Source of the DNA: Psammoneis japonica
Lineage: Eukaryota
Direction of reading: 5' to 3'
Length of the DNA: 58,300 nucleotides
Assembly: GCA_008632985.1 (NCBI GenBank)
Contig: QPGO01000084.1
Coordinates: 310,001-368,300, forward strand
Shown here: positions 1 to 14,030 of the stretch, piece after piece
Layout: the number at the start of each line of letters is the position of its first letter
Numbering within the stretch: the first letter of the stretch is position 1
Position numbers and translations under genes: made by a program
The notes under the pieces: generated by a model
The model's input: the letters and a program-made list of their open reading frames with translations, nothing else
Databases searched by the model: none
Told to the model about the DNA's origin: nothing

Positions 1-439
1 AAGACACAAAGCTGAGGCGCACTCCAAGAGACACGGCGCATGTCAGTGACGAGAGAAAACTACCCATACGATGTTGCAGGTATCCCGCCTTTCTATGGTG
101 CAGCAATCTTCTCCCGAATAAGTAGGAGTAGTCTCTATTTTATGCAATGTTTTGTTCTATTTTGCCGCATGGAGTTGACGAGTCTTTCCTCCAACCTTGT
201 GATTGCTATATTGCTAAAATAACGCTGCTCCAAAAAGCAATGTCCTACAGCTGTCTTTTGCGAGACGCCTAACAGCAGTGCGGTAGCCCAACCCGTGGGA
301 GTCTTGTGCAGGAGCAATGAGGTTTCGACACACTAAAGAGTGTTCTCCATAAGGCGGTCCACTGCTCGAGTCTGTAATAGAGTGCAAAAGTGCAGCAGTT
401 AGAATGGCAACATTGTGCACAAATCACAACACGCACAAA

Positions 440-735
440 AACAATATTTCAAACACGTCTACACCCCACCAATCGTTAATTGTTCGTCTTGAGAAATTCC
501 ATGTCGGTCCACTTGACACCCGAATAGGATTTTTGCAATAACACCATGCGCTGCTCCGTTTCACGCAATTGCTTCTTGGCAAAGGCTTGCGCTTCGGCAT
601 TCGAATGATAGCGCTTGTAGTATAATGCCGATACCCATCCAACTCTCGATTGATCGTGGGCATTGCCTCCGGCACCAAACTTGTCGCACTTGTAGTATGA
701 TACCCGCAAGCAAGAGTTGGCACCGTGGTCCAATC
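440..735 (-). pseudogene. Ariadne-family RBR E3 ligase C-terminal fragment, degenerate
   Basis: YYKCDKF...YYKRYHSNAEAQAFAKKQLRETEQRMVLLQ...WTDMEFLKTNN*RLVGCRRV resembles the Ariadne domain (W.D..FL..A...L..CRRVLKY); has an in-frame stop and a frameshift. Confidence 0.45.
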
Positions 736-3700
736 ACCAGAACAGATCCAACTAGGTCTAACTTCGTGTCGACATATCTAATCGAAGTCAGTACGAGGTG
801 GTGAGTTGAAATGGCGCTCCTCACGTTCCGTACAGAAGCTCCAAGCTTACCTACCTTCTCCAGGACTGTCTGAGTGGTGACGGAAACGCGTTAATGTTTG
901 TAAATTTGAGTCCAACAACAGCGAGTGGCAATGAAAGTCTCTGTTTCTTGCGATTCATTGAGCTTGGAAAGGCGATCAAGCACATTGAATACTCCAAGTT
1001 GAGAAAGAATTAGTTCCGTTTGGAGAGAGGTAGGGGGGTTATAAGGGAAACCGTTATTCTAAAAGCACGTACCGGTAATATGCAACACAGTTTTTTGTAT
1101 CGTTTTCTTTGAAGTTCCGGCCTATCTCGTTTTTGATTTGTTTCTCTACAGAGAATGCGCCAGAACTTACGATCGAAGGTGATGATTCATAATGGAAATT
1201 GGATACCGTGGAATGCTATAGTACACTCGAGCCCAATCAGTGACGCGACCGATGACGACCGAGCTACCACGCCACAGGACGCTAATGAGCCACAACTCGA
1301 CAACCAACGCATGTGGAGAGGGGAGGTGCTTTGATGCAGTGGCAATGAAGGCATCTACGCACCCAGCGCCACCGTATGTGCTTGACTTGTGAAGAACGCC
1401 ACTCTGTAGATTCGAGCCGACGTCCACTCTGATGGTTCTTCTTCCGCATCTCTTCTCGTCGTTGCTTTCGCTACTGTAGACAAAAAATACTGACGTCTTG
1501 ATTCAGTACATGCTCACAAGGTTGCTGAGTAAAGTGCCTTTCGGGGGGAAAGGCTGGGACTTGTGTCAGCTGAAAACAACGCGTCGTTGAATGCCCGCAA
1601 ATGCTTGACAAGTTGAAGCTCCCTGTCGTCAATTGCATAGCTAGTGCGGCAGTACTGTCTGATGGTGCAGCACTCTCAGATGATGAATGGATACTCTCAC
1701 CTGCATTGGTTCCCCAGATTCGAGCCCCCCCCCCAATAAGCATACGAATACAAATGACACCATTCGAGTCGCATTGTCCAGAAGCGTCAAATTTCCCATC
1801 CACGGTTCCAATAAGCCAATATCAACACGTACATCCGTTCCCAAATACTCATGACTTTGTATTCCGGTTCGTGATATCGTTTTGCATTAATAATAATGAC
1901 ATGGATTCTGAGCGCATAAAGGAATCGAGTACAAGAGACGGAAACTCAGCATCATTCAAAGGTCTTCCCAGCTTGCCACCCTTCTCAATCACAAACAAGA
2001 CATCCTTGCGCAATTAGACCAACAGTTGCCTCAAAAGCAATTGACTATGTTTCATAGCCAGCCTTGAACTCTGCTAACTCATTAGCAGCAGCAATGGGTG
2101 CAGGGACAATGCGTAGCCGCGTTCTTGGCCAAGAGCTTGAAGCTGTCCGGCTCACACGTCCAATCATTTGAATTCAGACAGGATCAGCAAATCATCACGA
2201 GCGCCCAATCTGCCTCGTCGACGCCTGTCGTAGTACTTTGCAATTGGCAATGATATATTTCACACCTGGCTTCTTGTAGCACATGTTCCCGTTGTAATGC
2301 AGACATTTCGGGACTGCCACATCAAGAAAAGTGGAAGCGTCGTCCTTCAACACCGTTCCAGTCGAGTCCGCGAACCACGTACTGAAGAATTGGTCGTGTG
2401 GAATGACACGGCACCGCTTACATTTTATTTAGGGAAAGGCGCTTGGATTGCAAAAGGTAGCAAGGTATCCTAGATCCACAACACATATAGTCCCCGCTTC
2501 TCCCAGCGCCCGTCTCTCGATGCACGGTCCAAACCACGTTTCATCGACAACGCTCCAAACGCCCGCGAGACAACGAAATACTTGTCAAGCCTTGGATCAA
2601 AAGACGGTGATTTGTTTCGGAGACTGATTGTGTCGACGAGGAGTTGCTGTTGCTGCTAGAAGAGTCGGCAGTCGACTGAAAGAAACGAATGACAGAGATC
2701 TTACCATATAACATGCATTGGTTAGGGAAACAACATCCAAAAAATAGACTAATCCCCCTCTCGCTTTAAATCATCAGACCTTATGATAATCCACTTGAGC
2801 AAAAAACACCACATCAATTCGAGGAAGGCTTCTTTTTCTTTTTTCGCTTCTTCTTGAAACATTGTTGGATCCAATGACCAGATATTCCGCACAAATCACA
2901 GACATAGCCGTCCGGTGGAGTAGATACCTTGCGTTTGCTGTTGCTTGCGGTCGCGTCTGCTTCGCTCATGCTCTCATGGTGTCGCTATCGAGTCTCGAGT
3001 CTCGAGTTGCGGTGATGAGCACGTGTGCTGTAGAGTTGCGAGGTCTGAGGTCTTCTGAAAAAACCGTTGGACCTCGCGAAAGAACCGTTGGACCTCGCTG
3101 AAAAGGCATGCAGACCTCGCGCGGATCGCTCATTCGTTCGTATCCATACCCTGGCGCCCAGCGCACACCAGACACCATGACGAGCACCATCGGACGCAAC
3201 GCGTCCTCTCAGGATGGCACAGCATCGGTCTCCACTACTTGTCCATTTCAAGGAGATATGACTCACAATGTGATGAATCATCAGTGGTTAAAAATGGGCT
3301 GGTGGAGATCGTAAGCTAAGAAAAAACAAGACCGAAACTGCGAGGTATCTTTTTTGTCGTGATTTGTAATCCTGCGTCAACATTGAACATTGGTCGTACA
3401 AGTATTGGTGCCGTATGATCATCTTTGTCAATACTAGTTCGAAAGATGATGGATATCTTGTTGGTTAATGCCGTGGAGGTGGTCCGGAGCGTGAAGGCAA
3501 AAAAATCAGTAAGAGGCGCTACCATCGCTTATCATCGCATCATCTGGAGTAGAGAGCCCTATCTTACCGTGAACATTGAACACTCGAGTTCCTACTACTA
3601 CTTTCTACTACTACTGTGTTTATTCACGGCGGCGCAAGTGGGGACTTGTTCGCAAGGAGTGTTGACACGGTGCTTTCCAACAAGTCGCTGATAGACGTCC

Positions 3701-3956
3701 TTGGAAGATTTTTCCGTGGACACAGCAGGTAGAGGTTTGCGCGGTTGCAAAACACGTGGAAGACTTCTTGATCGGAATATTGGTTCTACACTGATCAGAG
3801 CGCCCGAGACTACATCGTGAAGCATCCGAAGCGATTTCTTGATGCTTTCGATGCTTTGGTTCCAGGAGCATACAAGGTATGCACGCTCGTTTGTACCGCT
3901 TCTTCCCCCAAAAATCCCTCGTCGAACATGCTGATGCACGTACGGTTCTCTCAATT

Positions 3957-4260
3957 ATGCAGGCTGACTTTTTCCGATATCTAGTAGGAGTGCTCCGAAG
4001 AGATGGAGTAATTGTCTACGCCGACGTTGACGTGAAACTGGATGCAAATCTTGATACATTCATTACACCGGACATGTCGTTCTTTGCGCCTCTTGACGTA
4101 GTCGCGGAATATGCAGACGCAAAGTTTTGCTTGTGGAGCGGGTTTATGGGTTCGATGCCAGGTCACATATTTTTGGTTCGAATTGTTTAGCGGGTATTGA
4201 CATTTGTTCTGAATCGTGCGGATATGTACGACATTGAACGCGACATCTGCCATTCGCAGC
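3957..4260 (+). pseudogene. DXD-motif glycosyltransferase (GT32-like) fragment
   Basis: ADFFRYLV...GVIVYADVDV...CLWSGFMGSMPGHIFL; stop at 4188-4190, after which the frame continues RVLTFVLNRADMYDIERDIC. Confidence 0.6.
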
Positions 4261-7200
4261 CCCTGGAATGGACGATTCCAACTATCATGGGTGACACACC
4301 GACCCTGTACAGTCTTTTCTCTGCGAATGCGGTTTGACGGGCCATAGACCGACCGAGCTCGGCTGGTCGACGAAGTAAGTTGGAATCGTTGTGTGCTACG
4401 GATAATGAGCTGACTTGGGCAGAGCCAAAGGAGTTGAGAAACATGCTGCAACTACGAAGGCGGAAATCACACACCGGAATGATGAACAATGCCTTCGGAG
4501 GTACGTATCATGACGCGACCTTCGGGTATTCTTGCATTGTTCAAAGTAGATTGTGTGGATGATGAGGACATGCATGACTGCTGAACGCGGTGCTAATAAA
4601 ATTGGAATGCCGCAGTGTAAGTCAAGAATAGAAAGGGTAACCATATTAGTTCGAAACACGCGTCACTGTTGTTGTTTTTTCGGGCTTGGTTGCGTGGCGA
4701 TACTGCATTATCATTACACTCTAGCTTTGAGAGGATAGGGACGACGCGGGGGCGCTAGGCTGACTTTGAGGTTTTGACTTACTCGCAAATAAGAAAGCAC
4801 AACAAAAACATTTCTGAACCGAACAAACAATGTTCAATCCCCCTCCTACTCCACGATATCCGCTTCGCCAGGGCTAGAACCGCCCTCTACGAAAGAAGGC
4901 CAACACACCAAAACTTCCCTGCTACAAAACGATACAGTATTGAATTAAAAGTATGTCAGTGTTTATTGGATGCTACTTGCAAACTAAGACCAAAACGATC
5001 CAAGAGAAGCGACAAGGTTACGCGAGACGGGCTTTCTTCCTAGCTTCACATTGCTTCTGGAGTTCTTGAATCTGCTGGAGGAGGGCACGGTCGCCTTAAT
5101 CGTCGGCGTCATGACCAGAAGGTTCGCCAGCTGCAACTGCAGCAGCGGTATCGACACGACAGCCTTCCACGGAATCTTGAGCAACAGTTTCGTCGTTGGG
5201 GTAAACGGCGGTCTCGAGGCGGGGTCCGAAGTAGCGAATGATGCGATCCTGGAGTCCCCTGCCGGTGCAGAATTTCTTGCCAGGAAAGTCACTTTTCTTT
5301 GCCTTGTTGTTGAGTGTTTCTGTTCTCCTGCTCATCACAGTCCTTTCCACCTTTCGGATCTTCCCTTCACGTCATCATGGTCAAACTGGGCGGTGGTGCA
5401 GACAACTGCAATTTGCAATTTTGTGCATGGTGAAATTCTTTCGATTTGTTCACTGCTGCACGAACATGCTCAATGCCTTTTACAAAACTGCCACACGGCT
5501 GTCTGCAGCCTCATTACATCTTGGCCAAACAAAGAGCTCTTGATCCAATCGAATGTGACAAGGGGACACGATTTCTTGTACGGAACGCCAGAACACAAAA
5601 GAAATACCCCCAGCATGACAAAAGATGTCGGTGTCGCCAATTTGAACCTGAGAGAGAGAGAGAGAGAGCTTGTCCACCGCATTCGAGGGTTTTTGAGGAC
5701 GAAGAACATTGGCTCTGTACCCACGAGTCTATCTCACCTACCTTTTCTGAACGCATCGCTGTCCATACCGTTCCAACAACTTAATCCTTGAACTGCAAAG
5801 AGTGCTGGAGGCGCCAGAGCTTTGATATCCAAGGCGTCATATGCATTTTGCCCAGTTCGGTTTGAACTGAATTGTTTCTCGAGTTCATCACTTGCCTATT
5901 CTTGGGCTCATAATGAAAATTCGGTCGGGTGTCCATGCTTGGGCACGGGTCACTTATAACGATCAGTCTTGGCACCAGCCATGAGCAAAACCGCATTGAT
6001 TCAATGACGTGGGTGGCCGTTTCTAGTTTACATGTCGCAGAGATCGGAGCCTTCATACAAGGTCGATGCCGTGTCTTGTCGTGGAGACGCAGAGACGCAA
6101 ACTGTGCCATGTCATGGTGACTTTAGGGTTGGTACAGAAGAGGGACAAGCCGCTGCCTAGAATTCCCAACGAGTTAACTTTTGTGTGTCAGTAGGAGAGC
6201 TGTAAACTTCTGACTGAAACGACGGGTTGAAAGTTACAAACGTCCTTCTCGATTCATCCATCAGTTGCTATGTTTCCGTAATCGGTGCTGGCGTCACCGA
6301 ACCCGGTTTTGTCGTCAATCTCTTCAAAGGTATGATTTGCTGGTTCAACATTTTGCAATTGGTACTTCAGAGTCAAATAGTGAAGAACGATTCTGCTCTT
6401 GTTTGTGATAATCCTCGTGATCGTATTTGTATTGTCGATATGGATAATGTCCCAAACAACGGAAGAGTCATCCAGAAGCTCATGTTGGATTTCTCTGAGA
6501 ATGATGAGGCCATGACGAGCTCTCTCCAAACAAAAATTGCAATTCTATATACAATGGCGGATAGCATTACATCTCAGCGAGAAGGATCGGGAGGCATGGC
6601 GCCGACATGGTAGCTAGCCGATCCCTGCCAAGGTCCAAGTCAATTTATATCCAGAATCCAGAGGGCGATTTGCCACCCTCGTGGTCAACCAGCAGGAGGT
6701 CGGTTCTTTTCCTCTTTGTGGCAATCTCCACCAAGTGATTCTCTTCCCTTTGTTGCGACATGACATCAATGAGCAGCTTAGATGCTGGAGCGGCCCGAGA
6801 TGCGTGACAAACTCTCCATGAGATTGGTTTCGAAGCTCCGCCATTACCCTGCTCTTTCCGAAGAGCATGATAGAGGTTCCATTCATGAATCGCAGGGTGT
6901 TGGTGTCAAGCTCCGTACGACAATTTTACGTAGCTTTCTACGTCAGTTTGAGTTGTGAAAAACTCCTTCCGACGTCAGTCCCCCGCCCGATTTCGCGGAA
7001 TCCGGAATTGCACAAAGAGCGAATTCGTGTCGCGTGCTGTCGACAGCAGCTGATGGTCGCTCCCGGATGCAGCGGTGCACGATTCAGCTAAAGCGCTGTT
7101 CCAGCTAAAAGCAGGACCATCGCAAACAGTGTGAAAGTTTCAGGAACTCGGTTGTCTGTTCCTTTTCATGAGACAAAGACGTGTTTGTTCACATTGTCTC

Positions 7201-9399
7201 TCTAGAGGAGGTGTGACATTATTTGTGCGGCCTTTTCATGGGAAGTCTGTTGCAAAATTCTTGCTGCAGGTGCTCCATTTTTTCTCTTTTGCCGGTGTCT
7301 CAACAACAAGCTTGGCTTCCAAAGCAAAACATCCCAGCACATGACAGCCTGAATTGGAGTGTGCCAACCCATGAATTCTCTTTCACATCAACGCCACACA
7401 CACTTCCACCCCAGCAACTTTTTCATGTCAGAAAAGGCCTCTGTGTGCCATGCTGCGAGCCTGAGTTCTTGAGCTGCAAAAAAGTGACCCAAGCACTGGA
7501 AGCAGAGACCAAGCTCATTTCTCCAACAGACTGCAACTTTCTAGAACTGACCAAGTTATCAAAACTCCAAGCGACAGCCTTTCAAAGGTCCCAACAAGGT
7601 CCCTGGGTGTTGCACATGTGCCTTTTTGGATTGGCGTGTTGGCGGAAGTTGTGAGAGCATCTGGAGAGTTTTTGCTTCTGATTTGAGAGAAACTGTTGCC
7701 ACACTGAGCAGCCCTGTTGGTCAACCCCACAACTGGTGCAATGCCCCTCTGGACAAGTGCATTGATGGGTGTTGTGCTGCCACCACTTCATGGCTGGCGC
7801 CACTTGCGGCTGATTGTGTCCTGTCCACTGATGCCCCACTGGGCAGCCCCACCCAACATCGTCCAAATTGTTTGTGCAGCAAAATTTGTTCTTTTCCAGA
7901 TTGGCAGACATGCGTGTGAGTTTTTGTGCTGTTGCCTCATGACTGTGCACAGTTGATGAAAGGTTGGTCAAAATCTTCAAATCTTCCCGAGCCCTGCCAG
8001 GTGACCCCGCACATGGAGACATTCCATCCAATGCATGTGTGAACACATGCTTGTGAGCTTGCACCACTGTTTTGCCACTGGATGACTGGCAAGATGCTGC
8101 CTTGGATTGCAGGGCATGTGTGCAATGCCTGCGCATCTCCTGACGAGCAACCCTTCCACCACGTTTGTGCTGCCCCCCCCCCCCCCTGCAGCAAAAGCTG
8201 ACGCATGTCCAGGCACAAGGTTTTGCCGCTGCTTCTTCAGTTGGAACAGCTGACAAGATGCTGTCTCTTGTTTGGAACAGCTGACAAGATTTTGTCTCTT
8301 GTTCCTGTGTTGTCACAAGATCAAGTGTCTCATCTGCCCAGCCTCAGTGGGTGGCTTGTGTTTGCAATCAGTCTGATGTCGAGGTCTCTTCTCCAGCATT
8401 CGTGGGTTTCGGCCCCGCATTTGGAGAGACACAGCTGCACGGAAGATTGCTTCTTCAACAAAGGGCGGCTCACTTTGGTGAAGAAACAGAATTAAAATTT
8501 AGAATTGCATTGGATGGGGTGCTGCAACAAAGAGATGCCAGATGCGAAACACACAAAGAACCTCGCCAATCTAAGTGCCGGTCGACGGAAACTGCCGCTC
8601 ACCACAGACGCGGGAAACCAAGCCTGAGGAGAAGAAACAGAGCCAAAAAATTAGAAATGCATTGCATGGGGTGTGGCAACAAATGAAAGAGACACCAGAG
8701 ATGCACCCTCTCACTTCAGTGCCGGTGCATGTCATGCATGCCACTCCTGCAATGGATGCTGAAAGTCGCTCGGATGGCTTTTTCACGACGCGGCATTTCT
8801 GAAGGAACCGAGTTGCGTTGTCGATTTGGTCGCTTTCACATGAGTTTCTTGCGCATGAGTTTCAATGAGCCGCTGAAAAGAGAAAAAGGAAGACGATTGC
8901 AATGAGGGGCATGGCAAAATTTGATGCATCCAATGCAATGAAATGCAGCAACACAACAAGAGGCGTTCGGCAAATGCTCACACACCACAAGAAGCAACAA
9001 ATTGGAGTGGCAAGAGGAGCACAATTGCATTTTCAAAATGCATTCACTCATGACAAGCGAACAGAGAAGTGAGCGCACCCGCATGTGACCACAAGGGAGA
9101 GCAACAGCAGAATCACGAAGGAGAAAACAGCGGAGTGAAGGTGTGTGGCATCATGTCGGTGTGAGGTGTGAGGTGTGCATGTGCGTTTCAGTTTCCCTCA
9201 CTTTTGGCCTGTCAAAGGGATTGCCCGTGTCAATTTTTAACATCACATGTTTGTTCGTCTGCTTGCATGTGGATGAACCTTAAAATCAACACGAAGGGCC
9301 CATTTTTTTTGCACCGCGTGTCACATCCCGTCTGACTGGACATTCATGTCCCTGACCCGGGCATGTTGTCAAGAATGTGCTTCAAGTGTGGAGGAGGAG

Positions 9400-9537
9400 A
9401 TGCGTTTGCAAAATTGCCTCTTTTTCTGTTGGCGATCATTCATGTGTCCATTGCTCAATGATTTTGCTGCGGAGCTCGCACGCAGAATTCTACGGGCCCA
9501 ATGTCACAAAAAGTCCCACCCAGGGCTGGAACCCGTC
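9400..9537 (+). mobile_element. Right end of a mutated copy of the GACGCGTTCCAG-TIR MITE family
   Basis: gcaaaattgcctc...ttgctgcggagctcgcacgcagaattctacgggcccaatgtcaca...cccacccagggctggaacccgtc matches the right ends of the copies at 40318, 47630 and 55329, with TA>TG/CA changes. Confidence 0.75.
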
Positions 9538-10209
9538 TGTCCATCGCCAGGCGACAGAGGTCAAAATCTGACATTGCTTCTTCGGCAGGTGACTCAATCT
9601 CACTGTCAAGAGCTGTCCTTGGTGAGGAGTGAAATCAGGTCTGCTTCAGCATTGCCCTGACAGCTGCGCTGAACACAGAGAATCTTCTTTCGCAATGCAC
9701 ACACGACAGAACACATGGCTGCACTTGTTGGTGCATGTTGAGAGGCTTTCATCCAAAACAAATGCACACAACCACTCTGGGCGAGCACCAGGGCATGCAA
9801 GCAAGTCACCACCCTCTTTCACAAGAGCAGTTGATGGCGCAAATTCATGAATGCAGTTGGAAATCGGCTCCGGCAGTGCTGCGGCGATGGACTTCCCGCA
9901 CAAGAACCCCACATCAACCGCAGCGCCCGAAAGCATTGAATTGGTTGACGACGACTCGAGCGACAACGAATCATCGATGCCGGAGCGCACTGTGGAAGAA
10001 TGGATCATCCAAGCCTTCACTGAGAACCCCAAGCTCGAAGAGAGTTTGTTTCGTGCAGGCAAGATTTTGGCATTGCACCATCTCTTGGCAACCGACGATC
10101 GTGTTCAACACGTCGTCATGGGACATGCACGTCGTGCCATGACCGCACATTCATCCCCATCGGAGCAACGGGAGCACTGGAGGGCTTTGAGTGCCCCAAT
10201 TTGTTTCAC

Positions 10210-10548
10210 CTGACTCTGACATGTTGGCAGGCTCACACACCACTGCATCCACAAAGGCTGTTGTCATTTCCTTTGTGTCAAGCATGGTCTTGCTGATTGA
10301 CAAGATCTGTGCTTTCAACCAGATTGCCTCAATGACTCTCCTGTCACACTGGACATCACAAGCAATCGCAGCCTTCTTTGAGTGGTGCCACCCAGATGGA
10401 TCCATGATGACGCAGACATTGCACCCTTCTGCAACAAGAGCTTTGAGAAAACCACAGAGCTTGTTCTTGGCATCATGCACAGATGTTGAACTCCAAAGCT
10501 TGAAACACAACCAAGAAAAATCCACACCAACCGCTGGTTTTCCCTGAT
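10210..10548 (-). pseudogene. Possible XPG/Exo1 N-terminal (PIN-like) nuclease fragment, TA-mutated
   Basis: GKPAVGVDFSWL...LVAEGCNVCVIMDPSGWHHSKKA resembles the GK.vavD.s.W / v.vfDG...p..K pattern; weak match. Confidence 0.3.
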
Positions 10549-10949
10549 GGTCAGCAGAGTCAGCAGCAGTGGCTTGCTTGGAGCATGTGCTGAATGAACA
10601 CTTGACCACCTGGCAGTTTCTCAATCTCGTGCACAATTTGTGACCCGCCGTTGATTCCCGCTGCTGCCAATCAAAGCATCTGTGCAACTGTGGCGGAGTT
10701 GACAACAGACTGCCGCAATGCTGCGAGTGATTGAGGCAAAGCACAATCTGCCACTTCCATTCTGACTGCACTTGCATTGTCATCATCATCAGCAACATGT
10801 CATTCCCACGGTTGGTGTGGCATCTGGCATGATTTTTTTGTTTGTTTGAGTCAATGAACTGATGGAAGGACAGGCCAAGTGAAGCCATTTTTTCAGACAG
10901 CCCATGTCACCCAGTGGTGCAGTGTGAAGTGCAGATGGCACAGTGGGAT

Positions 10950-12430
10950 GAAACGGTGTCATGCGGGTGGGGAACAGGAGGGTTCTTGGGGTTGGATTGG
11001 CAAGTTGTGAGGTTGAAGTTTGGTGGAGCGGCAAAGAAGTTGGTCAGCAAGGATTTGGCGCTCATGAGACTGAGACTTTGAAAGGCCCGTTGGCTTTGGG
11101 TGGTGTGGTGGTGTGTGAGGCCAAACCTGGTCAAGGTGATGGTGTTCCAGGCAGTTGTGGCAGTGGGAAGAAGGCCGGTGGGGAGAGTTGGGCATTGGTG
11201 CAGGCGGTGCAAGCAGATGGGTGGTGAGAGGAGGATTCCAAGTTCCAGGGTGGGAGAGGTGGGGGGGGAGTGGATGTTTTTGGGTGTCGCCAAACAGGAG
11301 GTGATGAGTGAAGCATCCAGGCGAGCCAATGTGATCAATGGTGAATGGCACAAGGCAGATGCCAGCATCATTTGAGGGAGTGATGACAGCAGTGCCGTGC
11401 TGAGTCTTGTGGGTCACGCGGAATTTTCATTTTGTGCTTGTGTGGTGTGCCTTGGTCACAGGGTCTTCAATGGGGGCAGGCAAGCCAGGTGCTGGAAGCA
11501 GCAGGGGCTTGGGGGGNGGGGGGGGGGGGGGGGTGGCAACATTGACAGATTGACAGCAAGGCAGGAGTGGGTGGTGGGTGCAGCAGCAGAGGAGGCAGGA
11601 GTGAGCTTGACCTCAATGTTGGCAGGGTGCTTGAGTGGTGAATGTGGGATGAGGTTGGTGGGTTTGTGGTGGACGTCTGAGGAAGGCCATCATGCAGGGA
11701 GTTGGGCTGGGTGACATTGTGGCCAAGAGAGCAGCAGCAAAAGGCATGATCTCCACATGGGTCAGGGGGCAAGCCAACCAGAGGAAATGGCAGCTGTGGC
11801 TCACATTGTGGCATGAGTTGACAGACGGCAGGTGACAGGCACTGGGATGTTTTGGAGCGGGTGAAAGAGGAGTGCACAATGGAAGACTTGCCAGGGGTGA
11901 GAGGATGGATGAGAGTGCAGCGGTGACATGTGGCAGGACATGGCTGTGGAGGTGGTCAAGTTTGTCAGCACAATGTGGGTGACACATGGTGTGAGAGAGG
12001 GTCTTGAGTGGACAACACTCAACTGGAGCAGGGAGTGAGGGGGGTGGGGGGTTTGAGGCATGGCAGCAGAGCATTGCCCCAGTCCCCAGTGACAGAGTGC
12101 TTTGTGCAGACTGAGGGATTGTCTCAATGTGACCCAAGTTTGGAGAGAGCAGGCACAGAAGGGAAGCATGAGTCGGGGGGTTCATCAGTGGAGGAGGTGA
12201 GGCCGTGGGGGTTGCATGGCAGAGGGAGCAGGCCAGTGTTGGGCAGTGAAGAAGAGGGTGGCGCTGGCTGGCTGTTTTTTGCTGATGCACACCTGACACC
12301 AACTGCAGATGCAGGGAGGTGGGAGAGTGGCAATGTGTGTGGTGGAAAAGAGGGCCTGGGTGGGTGGTGAGGTGTTGAAGGAAGGTGTGGCAGTGGCGTT
12401 GGGTGTTTTGTTGGAAAGGTGACATCCACG
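10950..12430 (-). mobile_element. Degenerate non-LTR retrotransposon 3' region (CRE/R2-like, zinc knuckle plus restriction-like endonuclease)
   Basis: Minus-strand remnants SRSKTSQCLSP...LPF...DPCGDHAFCC...NSLHDGL, VDVTFP and LVPFTIDHIGSPGCFTHHLLFG; many frameshifts; both TA and CG depleted. Confidence 0.5.
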
Positions 12431-12989
12431 CGGTGTGTTGTGTGGAGTGAGTCTCAATGCACACGATGGAAGAGACTTCTCTCCCGTGACAGCTTGTGGC
12501 TGCACAGTCATTGAAGAGACGGACCAATGTTTGGCAGAAGACCAGTTCGCACTTAAAATCACATTTTTGTGTGTGAGTTCATGCCATTTGCATTTCCATT
12601 GAATTAGAGAATAAATTCCCTCAACGAAAACAATTCCTGCACTGTCACTGTTTGATTCCTCGCGTGATCTGCACTCGCCCCTCAACGGAAGAATTGTCTC
12701 TCCCACACTTGCACACTCACCTGCCTCGGGTTGCTGAGAAAAAAACCAACATCCGGGTTCAACGACAGCTTCAGAAGCGCAGGCCCCACACAGCAGCGGC
12801 TGGCATGTCTCTGCGTGTGTGCGCAAATTTGTCACGTGCCACATGAGAAGCTTGTGCTTCTCACACGCATGAGGCTACGACCAGCACAAAGGCACCTGTT
12901 GTGCCGGTCAGACATTTTGCATTGGTTTTTTTTTTTGGCCATCAACAAACCAGAATGCGCCACAAAAGTAAAAAAACATTTTTGAAATC

Positions 12990-13830
12990 ATGGACAGTGT
13001 GTCACCCGAAAATGGACTCTTTCCTTGCTGTGTCAAGAACCATCAGGACAAACCTGTCTTTGCCAATCAGAAAATCACGTTTGGGGCCATGGCGGACAGT
13101 TTCTACGAGCACATGCTCAAGGTGTGGTTGCAGGGCGGAAAGGCGGAAACAATGTGCCGCAAAATGTGTGACAAGGCGATCCAGGGCATGCACGATGAAT
13201 TGCCACACACGACACACGCCAACGCCGTCCGGTCTCACCTGCATTGCCGACAAGAACAGTGGTCGTGTTGATCACAAGATGGACCTTTTGGTTTGCTTCA
13301 TGGGAGGCAAGTTTTTCGCTTTTCTCCCGTGATGCTGGTGGTGTTGTTGGTCCTCATTTTCCTTCCCATGGCTTGCTTTCTTGTTTTGCGGTTAGGATTG
13401 CTCGCGCTTGGAGCCTGCACGGACCCGAAAGGCCTTGATTCGGACCGTGCTCAACGCGACCTCAAGACTGGAAAGGCTCTTACCTGCACGTGCTGTCAAA
13501 TGCACGCTCGCATGAACACGGGCATTTCGGCGGAATGGGTTCAGTTCCACCCCGACGAGGACTTTGCGATTGGTCACGGCTCTCCTCATCATCTCTTGAG
13601 ACCGGAAGCGGTCGAGTCCATGTTTGTTCTCAATCAACTCACGGGTGATCCAGCGCACCAAGAATGGGGATGGACCACCACAAGACAAGATGGAATCTTT
13701 CTTCTTGGCAGAGACTCTCAAGTGTTTGCATTTGTTGCAGGATCCAGATGCTGCACACCCGTGGACATTTTAGACAAGCATGTCTTCAATGCGGAAGCAC
13801 ATCCAATGCGAATCTTTCCAGCAATTGACA
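12990..13830 (+). pseudogene. Glycoside hydrolase family 47 alpha-1,2-mannosidase, 3' fragment with one intron (13307-13395)
   Basis: FGAMADSFYEHMLKVWLQGG, DHKMDLLVCFMG|GLLALGA, LLRPEAVES, DKMESFFLAETLKCLHLL, HVFNAEAHP; removing the gcaagt...ttag intron restores the frame; deletion after EWGW; Tyr>Cys/His throughout. Confidence 0.9.
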
Positions 13831-14030
13831 AGGAAGGGAAGCAAGCAAGCAAGCAGGCCCCACTCCATGCTCTAGCAGAGGGCCCTCCACCATTTTGGAG
13901 AGAGAAGATTGGGGCTACGGCAGTGCGACCACGGTGTTTTTTGACGATGTCATGTGTTCAACACAAAGAGTCCGTCGCATCTGTTCTCAATCAATGTCTC
14001 CGGAAATGAAATTGGTGTGAAAGTCTTCTT

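Noticed and set aside
1470..2450. Possible RNA-dependent RNA polymerase remnant on the minus strand (VFGNGC, IRMLIGG)
   Set aside because: Motif similarity is too weak and interrupted by stops
3060..3100. Short tandem duplication aaccgttggacctcgc (similar 19-bp duplication at ~8241-8290)
   Set aside because: Two-copy local duplications with no further structure
5050..6900. ORFs including a 246-aa plus-strand frame and a possible minus-strand kinase remnant
   Set aside because: No diagnostic motifs recognised
9646..9800. RING-like CSHVFCRVC on the minus strand
   Set aside because: Cys and His are artificially enriched in this domain, so the pattern is unreliable
11505..11535. Poly-G tract containing an N
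   Set aside because: Low-quality homopolymer; not interpretable as a G-quadruplex feature
7200..12500. Many overlapping 100-300 aa Cys/His-rich ORFs in all frames (also 39-40 kb, 46-48.6 kb, 52.8-58 kb)
   Set aside because: Explained by loss of TAA/TAG stops through TA conversion; not evidence of genes or metal-binding proteins
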